A stretch of 56,979 nt of DNA from an uncultured Oscillospiraceae bacterium (GTDB lineage: Bacteria; Bacillota; Clostridia; Oscillospirales; Oscillospiraceae), in assembly GCA_910577415.1 (NCBI GenBank), contig CAJTLK010000001.1, positions 1 to 56,979 of the forward strand. Reading direction: 5' to 3'. The notes below the pieces were generated by a model. It saw nothing but the letters and a program-made list of their open reading frames with translations. It made no database searches and was not told the origin of the DNA. The number at the start of each line of letters is the position of its first letter. The stretch's first letter is position 1. Positions 49,719 through 56,979 of this stretch are shown in pieces. A program made the position numbers and the translations under genes.

Positions 49719-49764
49719 AAAAAGCCCCCGGAGCTTCGCTTATGCGAAGCTCCGGGGGCTTTTT
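49719..49764. terminator. Bidirectional intrinsic terminator
   Basis: AAAAAGCCCCCGGAGCTTCGC-TTAT-GCGAAGCTCCGGGGGCTTTTT. Confidence 0.92.
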
Positions 49765-49768
49765 CTTT

Positions 49769-50536
49769 TCACGCCGGACACTGCTTGCCGGTGTGGTCGA
49801 TGGTATAGTCTACGTCGCACTGGCCCGGCAAGATCAGCTGGGAGATGGGCACAAAGGTATACCCCTGCTGAAGCAGATCCTCCAGAATGGTGGGCAGGGC
49901 TTCGGGAGTGTGCTTGGCGGCGTTGTGGAACAGGACGATGGAGCCGCTCTGTACCTTAGTCGTGACCCGCTTGGTGATCTCGGCGGCGGAGAGGTCCTTC
50001 CAATCCAGGCTGTCCACATCCCACTGGATCGGCTCCATGCCCATGGAGCGGATGGCGGAGACCACATTGTCGTCATACTCCCCATAAGGCGGGCGGATGA
50101 GAGTGGGCCGCACCCCGGTCACAGCCTCGATCTTGTCGTTGCAGGTATTGACGTCGGCAATGATCTCATCCCGGCTCAGTTTGGACATATGGGCGTGATC
50201 GTTGGAGTGGTTCATCACCTCATGTCCCGCGTCGGAGAGGGCCTTGACCGACTCGGGGTATTTGTCTACCCACTCCCCCACCACAAAAAAGGTGGCTTTG
50301 ATGTCATATTTTCCCAAAATGTCGATGAGCTGCTGGGTGTCCTCATTGCCCCAGGCGGCGTCGAAGGAAATGGAGAGCATTTTTTGGTCCCGCTGGACAC
50401 AGTAGATGGGCAGTTGCCGCTTGGCCGCCGCCGCCCCCACGGTCAGGGGGGAGTTGACCGCTGCGAACATCACTCCCGCCGCCAGGACGCAGGCCAGGGC
50501 GGCCAATCTCTTTCGCTTGAGCAAAAATAGTTTCAT
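49769..50536 (-). CDS. Polysaccharide deacetylase, PdaB-like (CE4)
   Basis: SFDAAWG, NHSNDH, RPPYG, WDVDSLDW, VLFHN; N-terminal signal/TM. Confidence 0.88.
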   Translation of the reverse strand: MKLFLLKRKRLAALACVLAAGVMFAAVNSPLTVGAAAAKRQLPIYCVQRDQKMLSISFDAAWGNEDTQQLIDILGKYDIKATFFVVGEWVDKYPESVKALSDAGHEVMNHSNDHAHMSKLSRDEIIADVNTCNDKIEAVTGVRPTLIRPPYGEYDDNVVSAIRSMGMEPIQWDVDSLDWKDLSAAEITKRVTTKVQSGSIVLFHNAAKHTPEALPTILEDLLQQGYTFVPISQLILPGQCDVDYTIDHTGKQCPA

Positions 50537-50564
50537 GGGAGACCCCTCCTTATCTTTTCCTTCC

Positions 50565-50594
50565 ACTATATGCGTCCGGGGAAGGGGCGTATGC
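50565..50594 (-). promoter_or_regulatory. SigE-like sporulation promoter
   Basis: GCATA-17 bp-CATATAGT upstream of the pdaB-like gene. Confidence 0.6.
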
Positions 50595-50645
50595 GGCAGT
50601 CTTTTTTTCTGCGCGGCGCTGCCGGAGGGGATGAGCGTTTCAGGG

Positions 50646-50674
50646 TTGTATTTTTGGAATAAAATTGATATACT
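50646..50674 (+). promoter_or_regulatory. SigA promoter of the DEAD-box helicase gene
   Basis: TTGTAT-17 bp-TATACT with extended TG. Confidence 0.65.
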
Positions 50675-50843
50675 ATAAAACACAACGGCATTTTCACGGC
50701 AGGGGCCGTGTTTTTATCCCCTCCAGCGGAAGGAGGGGACCGGCAGCGCCGGTATGCGCGTTCCGCTTTTCCGGCCCGGACGTATGGAAGGATACGCCCG
50801 CGCTTTGCCGTGGCCGGGACATTTGAAAAAAGGACGTTCCACT

Positions 50844-52955
50844 ATGACCTTTCAAGACCTGGGGCTGATCGCCCCCATCCTCTCCGCCCTGGGGGACATG
50901 GGCTATGAAAAACCCTCTCCCATTCAGGAAAAGGCTATCCCCCCCGCCCTGGCGGGCCGGGACGTGCTGGGCTGCGCCCAGACCGGCACCGGCAAGACCT
51001 GCGCCTTTGCCGCCCCTATCCTTCAGCGTCTCTCCCAAAGCCGCCCTGACCGGGGCGGCCAGGACGACCCCAAATATAAGCGCTCTATCCGCCCCATCCG
51101 CGCCCTTATTTTGACCCCCACGCGGGAGCTGGCTCTTCAAATTCAGGAGAGCTTTGTCTCCTATGGGAAAAACCTGCCCCTGCGCTCTGCCGTCATTTTC
51201 GGCGGCGTGGGGCAGCAGCCCCAGGTGGACGCCCTCAGACGGGGGGTGGATATCCTGGTGGCCACCCCCGGGCGGCTCCAGGACCTCCACGACCAGGGGT
51301 TCATCCATGTGGAAAACCTGGAAATTTTTGTGCTGGACGAGGCTGACCGGATGCTGGACATGGGCTTCATCCACGACGTGCGGAAGATTTTGACCTGGCT
51401 GCCCCAAAAGAAGCAGACCCTCTTCTTCTCCGCCACCATGCCCCCGGAGGTCCAAGGTCTGGTGGATTCCTTACTGACAGACCCGGTAAAGGTGGCGGTG
51501 GACCCGGTGTCCTCCCCGGTGGAGATCATTGACCAGAGGCTTTTCTATGTGGACAGGGGCAACAAGTCTAAGCTGCTGGCAATGCTGGTAAAGCACCCGG
51601 ACGTAAAGAACGCCCTGGTCTTCACCCGCACCAAGCACGGGGCCAATAAGGTAGCCGGGGACCTGGAAAAGGCGGGTGTCCGCGCCGCCGCCATTCACGG
51701 CAACAAGTCCCAGACCGCACGGCAGCAAGCCCTCAGCGACTTTAAGGCCGGAAAGATCAAGGCCCTGGTGGCTACCGACATTGCCGCACGGGGCCTGGAC
51801 ATCGAGGAGCTGAGCCACGTCTTTAACTATAATCTCCCCGATGTGCCTGAGACCTACGTTCACCGCATCGGACGTACCGGGCGGGCGGGCCACGGCGGCA
51901 CCGCCGTCTCCTTCTGCGAGTTTGGGGAGAAGGAACTGTTGGCCCCCATTGAAAAGCTGCTAAAAAAGTCCATCCCCGTGGTGGAGGGCCACCCCTTTCC
52001 TATGCAGGTGTTTGAGGCCCCGAAGCGTGACAAGCACGGCAAGATCGTTAACGCCGACGACACCGAGGCTCGTCAGGCGGCCAGGGAGCGGAAGCAGCAG
52101 CGGCAAAAGGCCGCGGCGCAAAAGCCCGCCGTCCCGGAGAAAGCAGGGGCGGGTCCTAGACCCGCCCGCGCCGCTGCTCCAGAAAAGGGCGGGACCCATC
52201 CGCCTAAGCAAAAGTCTGCCCAGCCCCCGCAAGGGGACCGCGGCGGCCACAGACCTGCCCAGACCACCGCCTCCGGTAAGCGGGCCTCGGCGGGCTACAA
52301 GCCCAGCCGCACTCTGGACGAGGCCATGACCGCCATGTCCCCGAAAAAGGGCGGCGCTCAGCCCAAGACCGCCGCACCCATGGACGACAAGGAGGCCGCT
52401 TTCCAGGCGTGGCTGGCCGAGGAGCGGGCCATCCAGGCCAAACAGGCGGCGTACTACAAGGATAGGGACCCCCTGGCTGGGGACGTAGTTATGGATGCCA
52501 CCGCCCGGCTCCTGGCCCCCAAGACCCCGGAGCAGCCCAAGACCGCCGGACAGGCCCGCCGTGACGATACTGACCGCCAGATCTCCCGCCAGGAACGGGG
52601 CAAGGGGCGGCGGCAGGAGGGACAAAAGCAGCCCCCCACCATAGAGGCAGGTCCCAAACCTGCCCGGAAGCCTGCCCTGGTCCAGCAGTCCCAGAAGCAG
52701 GGGAAGGCCCAGCCCCACAAGAGCCAGCTGCCGAAGAAGGTGGATAAACCAAAGGCCGAGCCGCCCAGGCCCCATAGCGCCAAGCCCACCGCTCCCAAGG
52801 CGGCCCCCGCCTCGGTTAAGGAAAAGCCGAAAAAGGGCGGGCTGTTCCGCCGGGGACGGCCCATGGAACCTGCCGTCCGCCCCAGCGATCAAAAGGATTC
52901 CACCGAGCAGCAGAGTCTTATGCGGCCCTATTATTTCAATCCCAACGGGGATTGA
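50844..52955 (+). CDS. DEAD-box RNA helicase (RhlE-like) with long basic C-terminal tail
   Basis: [41 protein letters not shown]; start at MTFQDLG. Confidence 0.94.
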   Translation: MTFQDLGLIAPILSALGDMGYEKPSPIQEKAIPPALAGRDVLGCAQTGTGKTCAFAAPILQRLSQSRPDRGGQDDPKYKRSIRPIRALILTPTRELALQIQESFVSYGKNLPLRSAVIFGGVGQQPQVDALRRGVDILVATPGRLQDLHDQGFIHVENLEIFVLDEADRMLDMGFIHDVRKILTWLPQKKQTLFFSATMPPEVQGLVDSLLTDPVKVAVDPVSSPVEIIDQRLFYVDRGNKSKLLAMLVKHPDVKNALVFTRTKHGANKVAGDLEKAGVRAAAIHGNKSQTARQQALSDFKAGKIKALVATDIAARGLDIEELSHVFNYNLPDVPETYVHRIGRTGRAGHGGTAVSFCEFGEKELLAPIEKLLKKSIPVVEGHPFPMQVFEAPKRDKHGKIVNADDTEARQAARERKQQRQKAAAQKPAVPEKAGAGPRPARAAAPEKGGTHPPKQKSAQPPQGDRGGHRPAQTTASGKRASAGYKPSRTLDEAMTAMSPKKGGAQPKTAAPMDDKEAAFQAWLAEERAIQAKQAAYYKDRDPLAGDVVMDATARLLAPKTPEQPKTAGQARRDDTDRQISRQERGKGRRQEGQKQPPTIEAGPKPARKPALVQQSQKQGKAQPHKSQLPKKVDKPKAEPPRPHSAKPTAPKAAPASVKEKPKKGGLFRRGRPMEPAVRPSDQKDSTEQQSLMRPYYFNPNGD

Positions 52956-52986
52956 TAAATATTTTACCGCCGAGGCGAAAATGAAG

Positions 52987-53025
52987 AAGGGCGCGTTGCA
53001 GTTTTTTATTCTGCAATGCGCCCTT
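52987..53025. terminator. Hairpin between the convergent helicase and fic genes
   Basis: AAGGGCGCGTTGCAG-N9-CTGCAATGCGCCCTT. Confidence 0.7.
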
Positions 53026-53028
53026 ACC

Positions 53029-53799
53029 TTATCGTGTGTCCTTGTCCCTTTGTTTTTCCCCTCGCTCTATCTGCTTGGCCCAGGTCTTTTCCGTCTGTGC
53101 CCGGAGAAAGGCCAGCAGCGGCTCCAACTTCTGCCGGGTATCCCATGCCTCCAAAGCCTCGTAGTAATCCTTCCGGTCCTCCTCGTGAATAATGATGGGG
53201 GGATGGCCACGGAGGATCAACAGGTAGTTCATGGTCAGCCGTCCTACCCTGCCGTTTCCGTCCGCAAAGGGATGGATGTTTTCAAACTTGGCGTGGAAGT
53301 AGGCCGCCGCGGTCAGAATGTCCTTGGGGTCAATGCCCCTCACCTCTTCCAGCAGCTCCGCCATTTCTTCCGCCACATCCTCCGGGGCGGCCCCCACCTC
53401 CCCCCTGCCTGTCACATAATCGTGGCGCTTATACTCGCCGGGGCGTTCCCCAAGCTGCCAACGACGGGCGTCGTAGGTGCCGTGGGTCAGCTGAAGCTGA
53501 AATTCCCGGACCAGGGCTTCATCCAGGGGGCGTCTGTCCCGAAAAGCCAGGAGGAACAACTCGTTGGCTTCCTTGGCGTTGCGAAGCTCAAAGAGGGTCC
53601 GCAGGTCGCCGGTATAGGAGGTAACGCCGTCGTGCTCAAAGACCTCTCTGGTGTCATGGTAGGTGATCTTCGCATTTTCCAGCTTCCCGGAGTGGTAGGC
53701 AAAGGCGATGCTGTGGCCGTTCAGGGCCTCGGCCAGCTCTGCGTCGGTCTGTGGGTCCTTGCGCCGCCACAATTCCAGCGCCCTCTCATAATTGCTCAT
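53029..53799 (-). CDS. Fic family protein (class II, N-terminal inhibitory helix)
   Basis: HPFADGNGRVGR catalytic motif; SGKLEN matches (S/T)xxxE(G/N); AGGAGG RBS before MSNYE. Confidence 0.92.
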   Translation of the reverse strand: MSNYERALELWRRKDPQTDAELAEALNGHSIAFAYHSGKLENAKITYHDTREVFEHDGVTSYTGDLRTLFELRNAKEANELFLLAFRDRRPLDEALVREFQLQLTHGTYDARRWQLGERPGEYKRHDYVTGRGEVGAAPEDVAEEMAELLEEVRGIDPKDILTAAAYFHAKFENIHPFADGNGRVGRLTMNYLLILRGHPPIIIHEEDRKDYYEALEAWDTRQKLEPLLAFLRAQTEKTWAKQIERGEKQRDKDTR

Positions 53800-53949
53800 G
53801 GAGAATCCTCCTGTGGTTGGTAGGGGTATTATATCACAGAAATAATGTCTTGCGGAAAGAAATTTGCGGGAGGGGACAAGCATCTGGAGGACTATTCTTG
53901 AATGTCAAAAATGTTCCCTACAATTTACATCTGCGATGTAAAGAACTCT

Positions 53950-54363
53950 GGGGGCCATCTTTTCCGGGTGGAAAAGACGCCCCCCAGGCCCCCAGAAAAG
54001 ACCCCAGGGGGAGAGAGTTTCGACTCTCTCTCCCCCTGGACCCCCACTCTCACCGACCAAGGAGAGGGGGACTGCGGTCCCCCTCTCCTTGGAACCCTCC
54101 CCAGGTCGTCCTCCTATAAGCGATTGGCCCGGCCCCCGCACTTCGTAGCGGTGGCCGGGCACGACAAACCCCTCGGCCGTTACAAAGTAAGGCCGAGGGG
54201 TCTTCTTGCCTCAGGAGAACGGCTTGGGTGGGTTTCCAAAGGGTAGGGGCCGCAGCCCCTGCCCTTTGGTCGTTTCAAGGGAGAGTCCGAGGGGGAAATC
54301 GAAATCCCCCTTCGGGGTTTCTTCGGGGGTTTGGGGGCATTCTTTGCCCCAAAGAATGCCTCC
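53950..54363. repeat. Composite element: two diverged, inverted three-hairpin arms around two central hairpins
   Basis: Left arm 53950-54097 and right arm 54230-54363 share hairpin order, TTCG and TGCG loops and linkers, but not stem sequence. Confidence 0.8.
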
Positions 54364-54399
54364 AAAAGACCTCCCCGCCATTGCTGGCGGGAAACAAGA

Positions 54400-54603
54400 T
54401 CAATTTTTGAGACCCAAAAGATAGTCCGTGGAGACCTTCAGATGCTTTGCCAGCAAAACCAGCCTGTCATAGCTTGGCTCATAGGAGCCGCCTTCATAAT
54501 ACTGGTATGACCGCACGGTGACACCCAAAAGCTCTGCCAACTCTTTTTGAGAACGCTTCTGCGCCTTTCGCAGCCCTTTTAGGCGGTCAGAAAAGATTTG
54601 CAT
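54400..54603 (-). CDS. XRE-family HTH regulator (67 aa)
   Basis: FSDRLKGLRK..SQKELAELLGVT..YE...EPS..L..LA..LKVSTDYLLG; AGGGG RBS. Confidence 0.9.
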   Translation of the reverse strand: MQIFSDRLKGLRKAQKRSQKELAELLGVTVRSYQYYEGGSYEPSYDRLVLLAKHLKVSTDYLLGLKN

Positions 54604-54614
54604 AAAATTACCCC

Positions 54615-54669
54615 TTGACATGAAAGTGAGTTTCACATATAATGAAGAAAACGGCGAAGCTAACTTTCG
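54615..54669 (+). promoter_or_regulatory. Consensus SigA promoter with two operator-like palindromes
   Basis: TTGACA-17 bp-TATAAT; spacer contains TGAAA-GTGAG-TTTCA; related CGAAG-CTAAC-TTTCG at 54655-54669. Confidence 0.8.
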
Positions 54670-54688
54670 GGAATTGGAGGGAACAACC

Positions 54689-54940
54689 ATGGACGAATTG
54701 ATCCAAGTCCTATGGGACTACGCCAGTAAATACCGGCTGGAGGGCTGTTATGATCTGGCCCGGAAGACCGAACGGGAAGAAGGCGAGAAAATGGCGGGCC
54801 TGAACCGGGAACGGCTGGAGGCGCAGGGTACATTAACAAAGGAATTGGACAATCTGTGTGACAATCTGGAGCTTGTCCGTACTGTAGACATGGAGGCCGC
54901 CTTTATCTGCGGTCTCCAGCTGGGCTTGGCCCTGAAATAA
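54689..54940 (+). CDS. Small helical protein (DUF6809-like)
   Basis: GGAGG RBS; C-terminal AAFICGLQLG pattern; divergent from the XRE gene. Family call from recall. Confidence 0.65.
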   Translation: MDELIQVLWDYASKYRLEGCYDLARKTEREEGEKMAGLNRERLEAQGTLTKELDNLCDNLELVRTVDMEAAFICGLQLGLALK

Positions 54941-54971
54941 AAAAGCTGGGCGGGCGTTCACCCGCCCAGCC
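54939..54971 (-). terminator. Terminator between convergent genes
   Basis: GCTGGGCGGG-CGTTCA-CCCGCCCAGC with an A-tract on the left. Confidence 0.75.
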
Positions 54972-54990
54972 TGGGATCGGTGAGTTTTTA

Positions 54991-55800
54991 TTACGGACGC
55001 AGACCCATACCGCCCTCCAGGGTGAGGGTCTCGCCGGTAAGATACTTAAAGTCGGGGTTGGCCAGCTGGAGGCAGACCCGTCCAATCTCGGTCTCGGGGT
55101 CGCCGTAGTGGCCCATGGGAGGCATCTTCACGTTGGCCTTAAAGGCGTCGGGATACGCCTTCTCAAAGTTTTCCAGCTGGGAGGTCCAGGCGATGGGGCA
55201 GACCACGTTGACATTGATGCCGTCAGGGCCCCACTCGGTGGCGGCCACACGGGTCAGGCCCCGGATGCCCTCCTTGGCGGCGGCGTAGGAGCACTGGCCG
55301 TAGTTGCCGAAGAGGCCCGCGCCAGAGGCAAAGTTGACCACGGTGCCCTTGGTCTCCTTCAGATGGGGATAGCAAGCCTTCATATAATAGAAGGCGGCGT
55401 ACAGCCCGGAGTAGACGGCCAGGTCAAAATTCTCGGTGGTGTGGGTGGCCAGGGGCACGCCGGAGGCGGAAGCCTGGGCGTTGTTGATAAGCACGTCGAT
55501 GCGGCCAAAGGCCTTGATGGTCTCCTCCACCACGTGATTGACCACGGCCTCGTTGTCCTGGCCGGCGGCCACGTCGGCCTGTACGGGGAGGACCTTCACG
55601 CCGTAGAGCCGTTCCAGCTCCTCCTTGGCGTCCTGGAGCTTCTGGACGTTGCGCCCGGTGATGACGATATTGGCGCCCTCCTTGGCAAAAGCGGTGGCAA
55701 TGCCGTAGCCAATGGAGCCGCAGCTTTTGCCGTCGCTGAGGACAGCCCTGCCGCCGCCGGTGATAATGACGGTCTTACCCTTGATGAAATCAGCGTTCAT
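54991..55800 (-). CDS. SDR, probable bile acid 12alpha-hydroxysteroid dehydrogenase
   Basis: Split Gly motif TGGGRAVLSDGKSCGSIGYGIA, NNAQASASG, YAAAKEG and C-terminal LEGGMGLRP, closely matching clostridial 12alpha-HSDHs as recalled. Confidence 0.8.
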   Translation of the reverse strand: MNADFIKGKTVIITGGGRAVLSDGKSCGSIGYGIATAFAKEGANIVITGRNVQKLQDAKEELERLYGVKVLPVQADVAAGQDNEAVVNHVVEETIKAFGRIDVLINNAQASASGVPLATHTTENFDLAVYSGLYAAFYYMKACYPHLKETKGTVVNFASGAGLFGNYGQCSYAAAKEGIRGLTRVAATEWGPDGINVNVVCPIAWTSQLENFEKAYPDAFKANVKMPPMGHYGDPETEIGRVCLQLANPDFKYLTGETLTLEGGMGLRP

Positions 55801-55884
55801 GGGGATCATCTCCTTAAAGTTTTGGTTTGGCCTGAAATCATATAAATCATACCACGAAGAAAATGGGAAAGCAAGGAAAAAGAA

Positions 55885-55915
55885 TGGGTCCCCGCGGCAA
55901 ACGCCGTGGGGACCC
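55885..55915 (-). terminator. Terminator hairpin after the ABC gene
   Basis: TGGGTCCCCGCGGC-AAAC-GCCGTGGGGACCCA followed by a T-rich tract on the minus strand. Confidence 0.75.
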
Positions 55916-55924
55916 AAACATTTT

Positions 55925-56979
55925 TCAGTCCAGCTGGAACTGCCCGGTATAGAGCTGGTAGTACCGCCCCTGCTCGGCCAAAAGCTGGGCGTGGCTGCCC
56001 TTTTCCTCGATGTGTCCGTGCTCGATGACCACAATGCAGTCGGAGTTGCGGACGGTGGAGAGCCGGTGGGCAATGACAAAGACCGTCCTCCCCTCCATCA
56101 GCGCGTCCATGCCCTTTTGTATCTGGGCCTCGGTGCGGGTGTCGATGGAGGAGGTGGCCTCATCCAGGATCATCACCGGCGGGTCGGCCACGGCGGCGCG
56201 GGCAATGGCGAGCAGCTGCCGCTGGCCCTGGCTCAGATTGGCTCCGTCCCCCGTCACCAGGGTGTTATAGCCGTCGGGGAGGCGGCGGATAAAGGAATGG
56301 GCGCCCGCCGTTTTGGCGGCGGCGATGCACTCTTCATCGGTAGCGTCCAGCCGCCCATAGCGGATATTGTCCATCACCGTCCCGGTAAAGAGGTGGGTGT
56401 CCTGGAGCACCGCGCCCAGAGCCTGGCGCAGAGAGTCCTTGGCGATGGCGCGCACGTCCAGGCCGTCAAAGGTGATGGAGCCGTCCTGAATTTCATAAAA
56501 GCGGTTGATAAGGTTGGTGATGGTGGTCTTGCCCGCGCCGGTGGAGCCGACAAAGGCGATCTTCTGGCCTGGGTTGGCGTACACCGACACGTCATGGAGA
56601 ATTTGCTTGCCGGGGACGTAGGAGAAGTCCACGTGGATAAACCGCACCGCCCCCTTTAGCTCGGTGAGGATATACTCCTCCCCGCTGTCGTTTACCGCGC
56701 CTCGGATCAGGCTATAGCGGTAGCTGCCGTCGGGTTTTTGATACCGCCATGCCCACAGCGAAGGATCCGGGCCCTCGGCAAAGCTGCCGTCGGGCTGCTC
56801 GGTGACCTTGACCAGGGTGCAGGGCATTCCGGTCTTGGGGGTCTTCCAGGCCCAAAGGGTCTCCTTGTCGCTGCCAGCGGCGCGCTCGTGGAGCTTTCCG
56901 TCGGCGTCCTTGTGGGCGGGGACCAGCACCACCCGGCCATCGTCAGGCTCGGGACGGGTATCCATCACGTCAAAGATGC
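55925..56979 (-). CDS. ABC exporter ATP-binding/permease protein (MdlB-like), C-terminal part; 5' truncated by window edge
   Basis: GSTGAGKTT, LSQGQRQ, LDEATSSID, IAHRLST. Confidence 0.93.
   Translation of the reverse strand, partial: IFDVMDTRPEPDDGRVVLVPAHKDADGKLHERAAGSDKETLWAWKTPKTGMPCTLVKVTEQPDGSFAEGPDPSLWAWRYQKPDGSYRYSLIRGAVNDSGEEYILTELKGAVRFIHVDFSYVPGKQILHDVSVYANPGQKIAFVGSTGAGKTTITNLINRFYEIQDGSITFDGLDVRAIAKDSLRQALGAVLQDTHLFTGTVMDNIRYGRLDATDEECIAAAKTAGAHSFIRRLPDGYNTLVTGDGANLSQGQRQLLAIARAAVADPPVMILDEATSSIDTRTEAQIQKGMDALMEGRTVFVIAHRLSTVRNSDCIVVIEHGHIEEKGSHAQLLAEQGRYYQLYTGQFQLD

Noticed and set aside
23095..49720. Catabolic block as a recently integrated mobile island
   Set aside because: No integrase, att repeats or tRNA target seen; parts look less GC-rich by eye, but this was not computed.
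53751..54424. Several short ORFs across the hairpin element
   Set aside because: Pro/Gly/Arg-rich translations of palindromic DNA, open in several frames on both strands.
1..56979. parS sites, tRNA/rRNA genes, known riboswitches, IS or integrase genes
   Set aside because: No TGTTNCACGTGAAACA-like palindrome, cloverleaf, known riboswitch core or transposase motif was found by eye; a motif and Rfam scan would be needed to exclude them.

Overview
Chromosomal replication-origin region of a high-GC, spore-forming clostridial gut bacterium. Protein style and gene order suggest Oscillospiraceae (Flavonifractor/Lawsonibacter-like); this is an inference. Left part: 3' end of aspS, a transglutaminase-like gene, a small HTH/ORF pair, then the minus-strand dnaA-dnaN-yaaA-recF-remB-gyrB-gyrA-(SHOCT)-rnhA run with a bipartite oriC (variant DnaA boxes and a DnaA-trio unwinding element), the divergent rpmH-rnpA-yidD-yidC-eloR/jag operon, htrA, ytvI, ricT-holB-darA and an M23/LysM/G5 hydrolase. 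Middle (about 23.1-49.7 kb): two accessory catabolic blocks. One is an acid-sugar locus (PrpR-like regulator, DtnK-type kinase, Fe-ADH, DapA-family lyase, PdxA2, TAXI-TRAP, TIM epimerase, SDR, Asp-box hydrolase). The other is a MurNAc/peptidoglycan-scavenging locus (RpiR, deleted PTS remnant, mupG, HAD, FAD-linked 2-hydroxyacid dehydrogenase, Opp ABC, murQ, PTS EIIBC, PHP). Right part: pdaB-like deacetylase, long-tailed DEAD-box helicase, class II Fic, a structured inverted element, an XRE/small-gene switch, a probable bile-acid 12alpha-HSDH and a partial ABC transporter. No rRNA, tRNA, CRISPR array, transposase or integrase was seen. The most unusual signals are two non-coding elements whose structure is conserved while their stem sequence is not (15.8-16.1 kb and 53.9-54.4 kb), orphan tandem NrdR-like boxes, and an internally deleted PTS gene. 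All calls are by eye; no searches were run.
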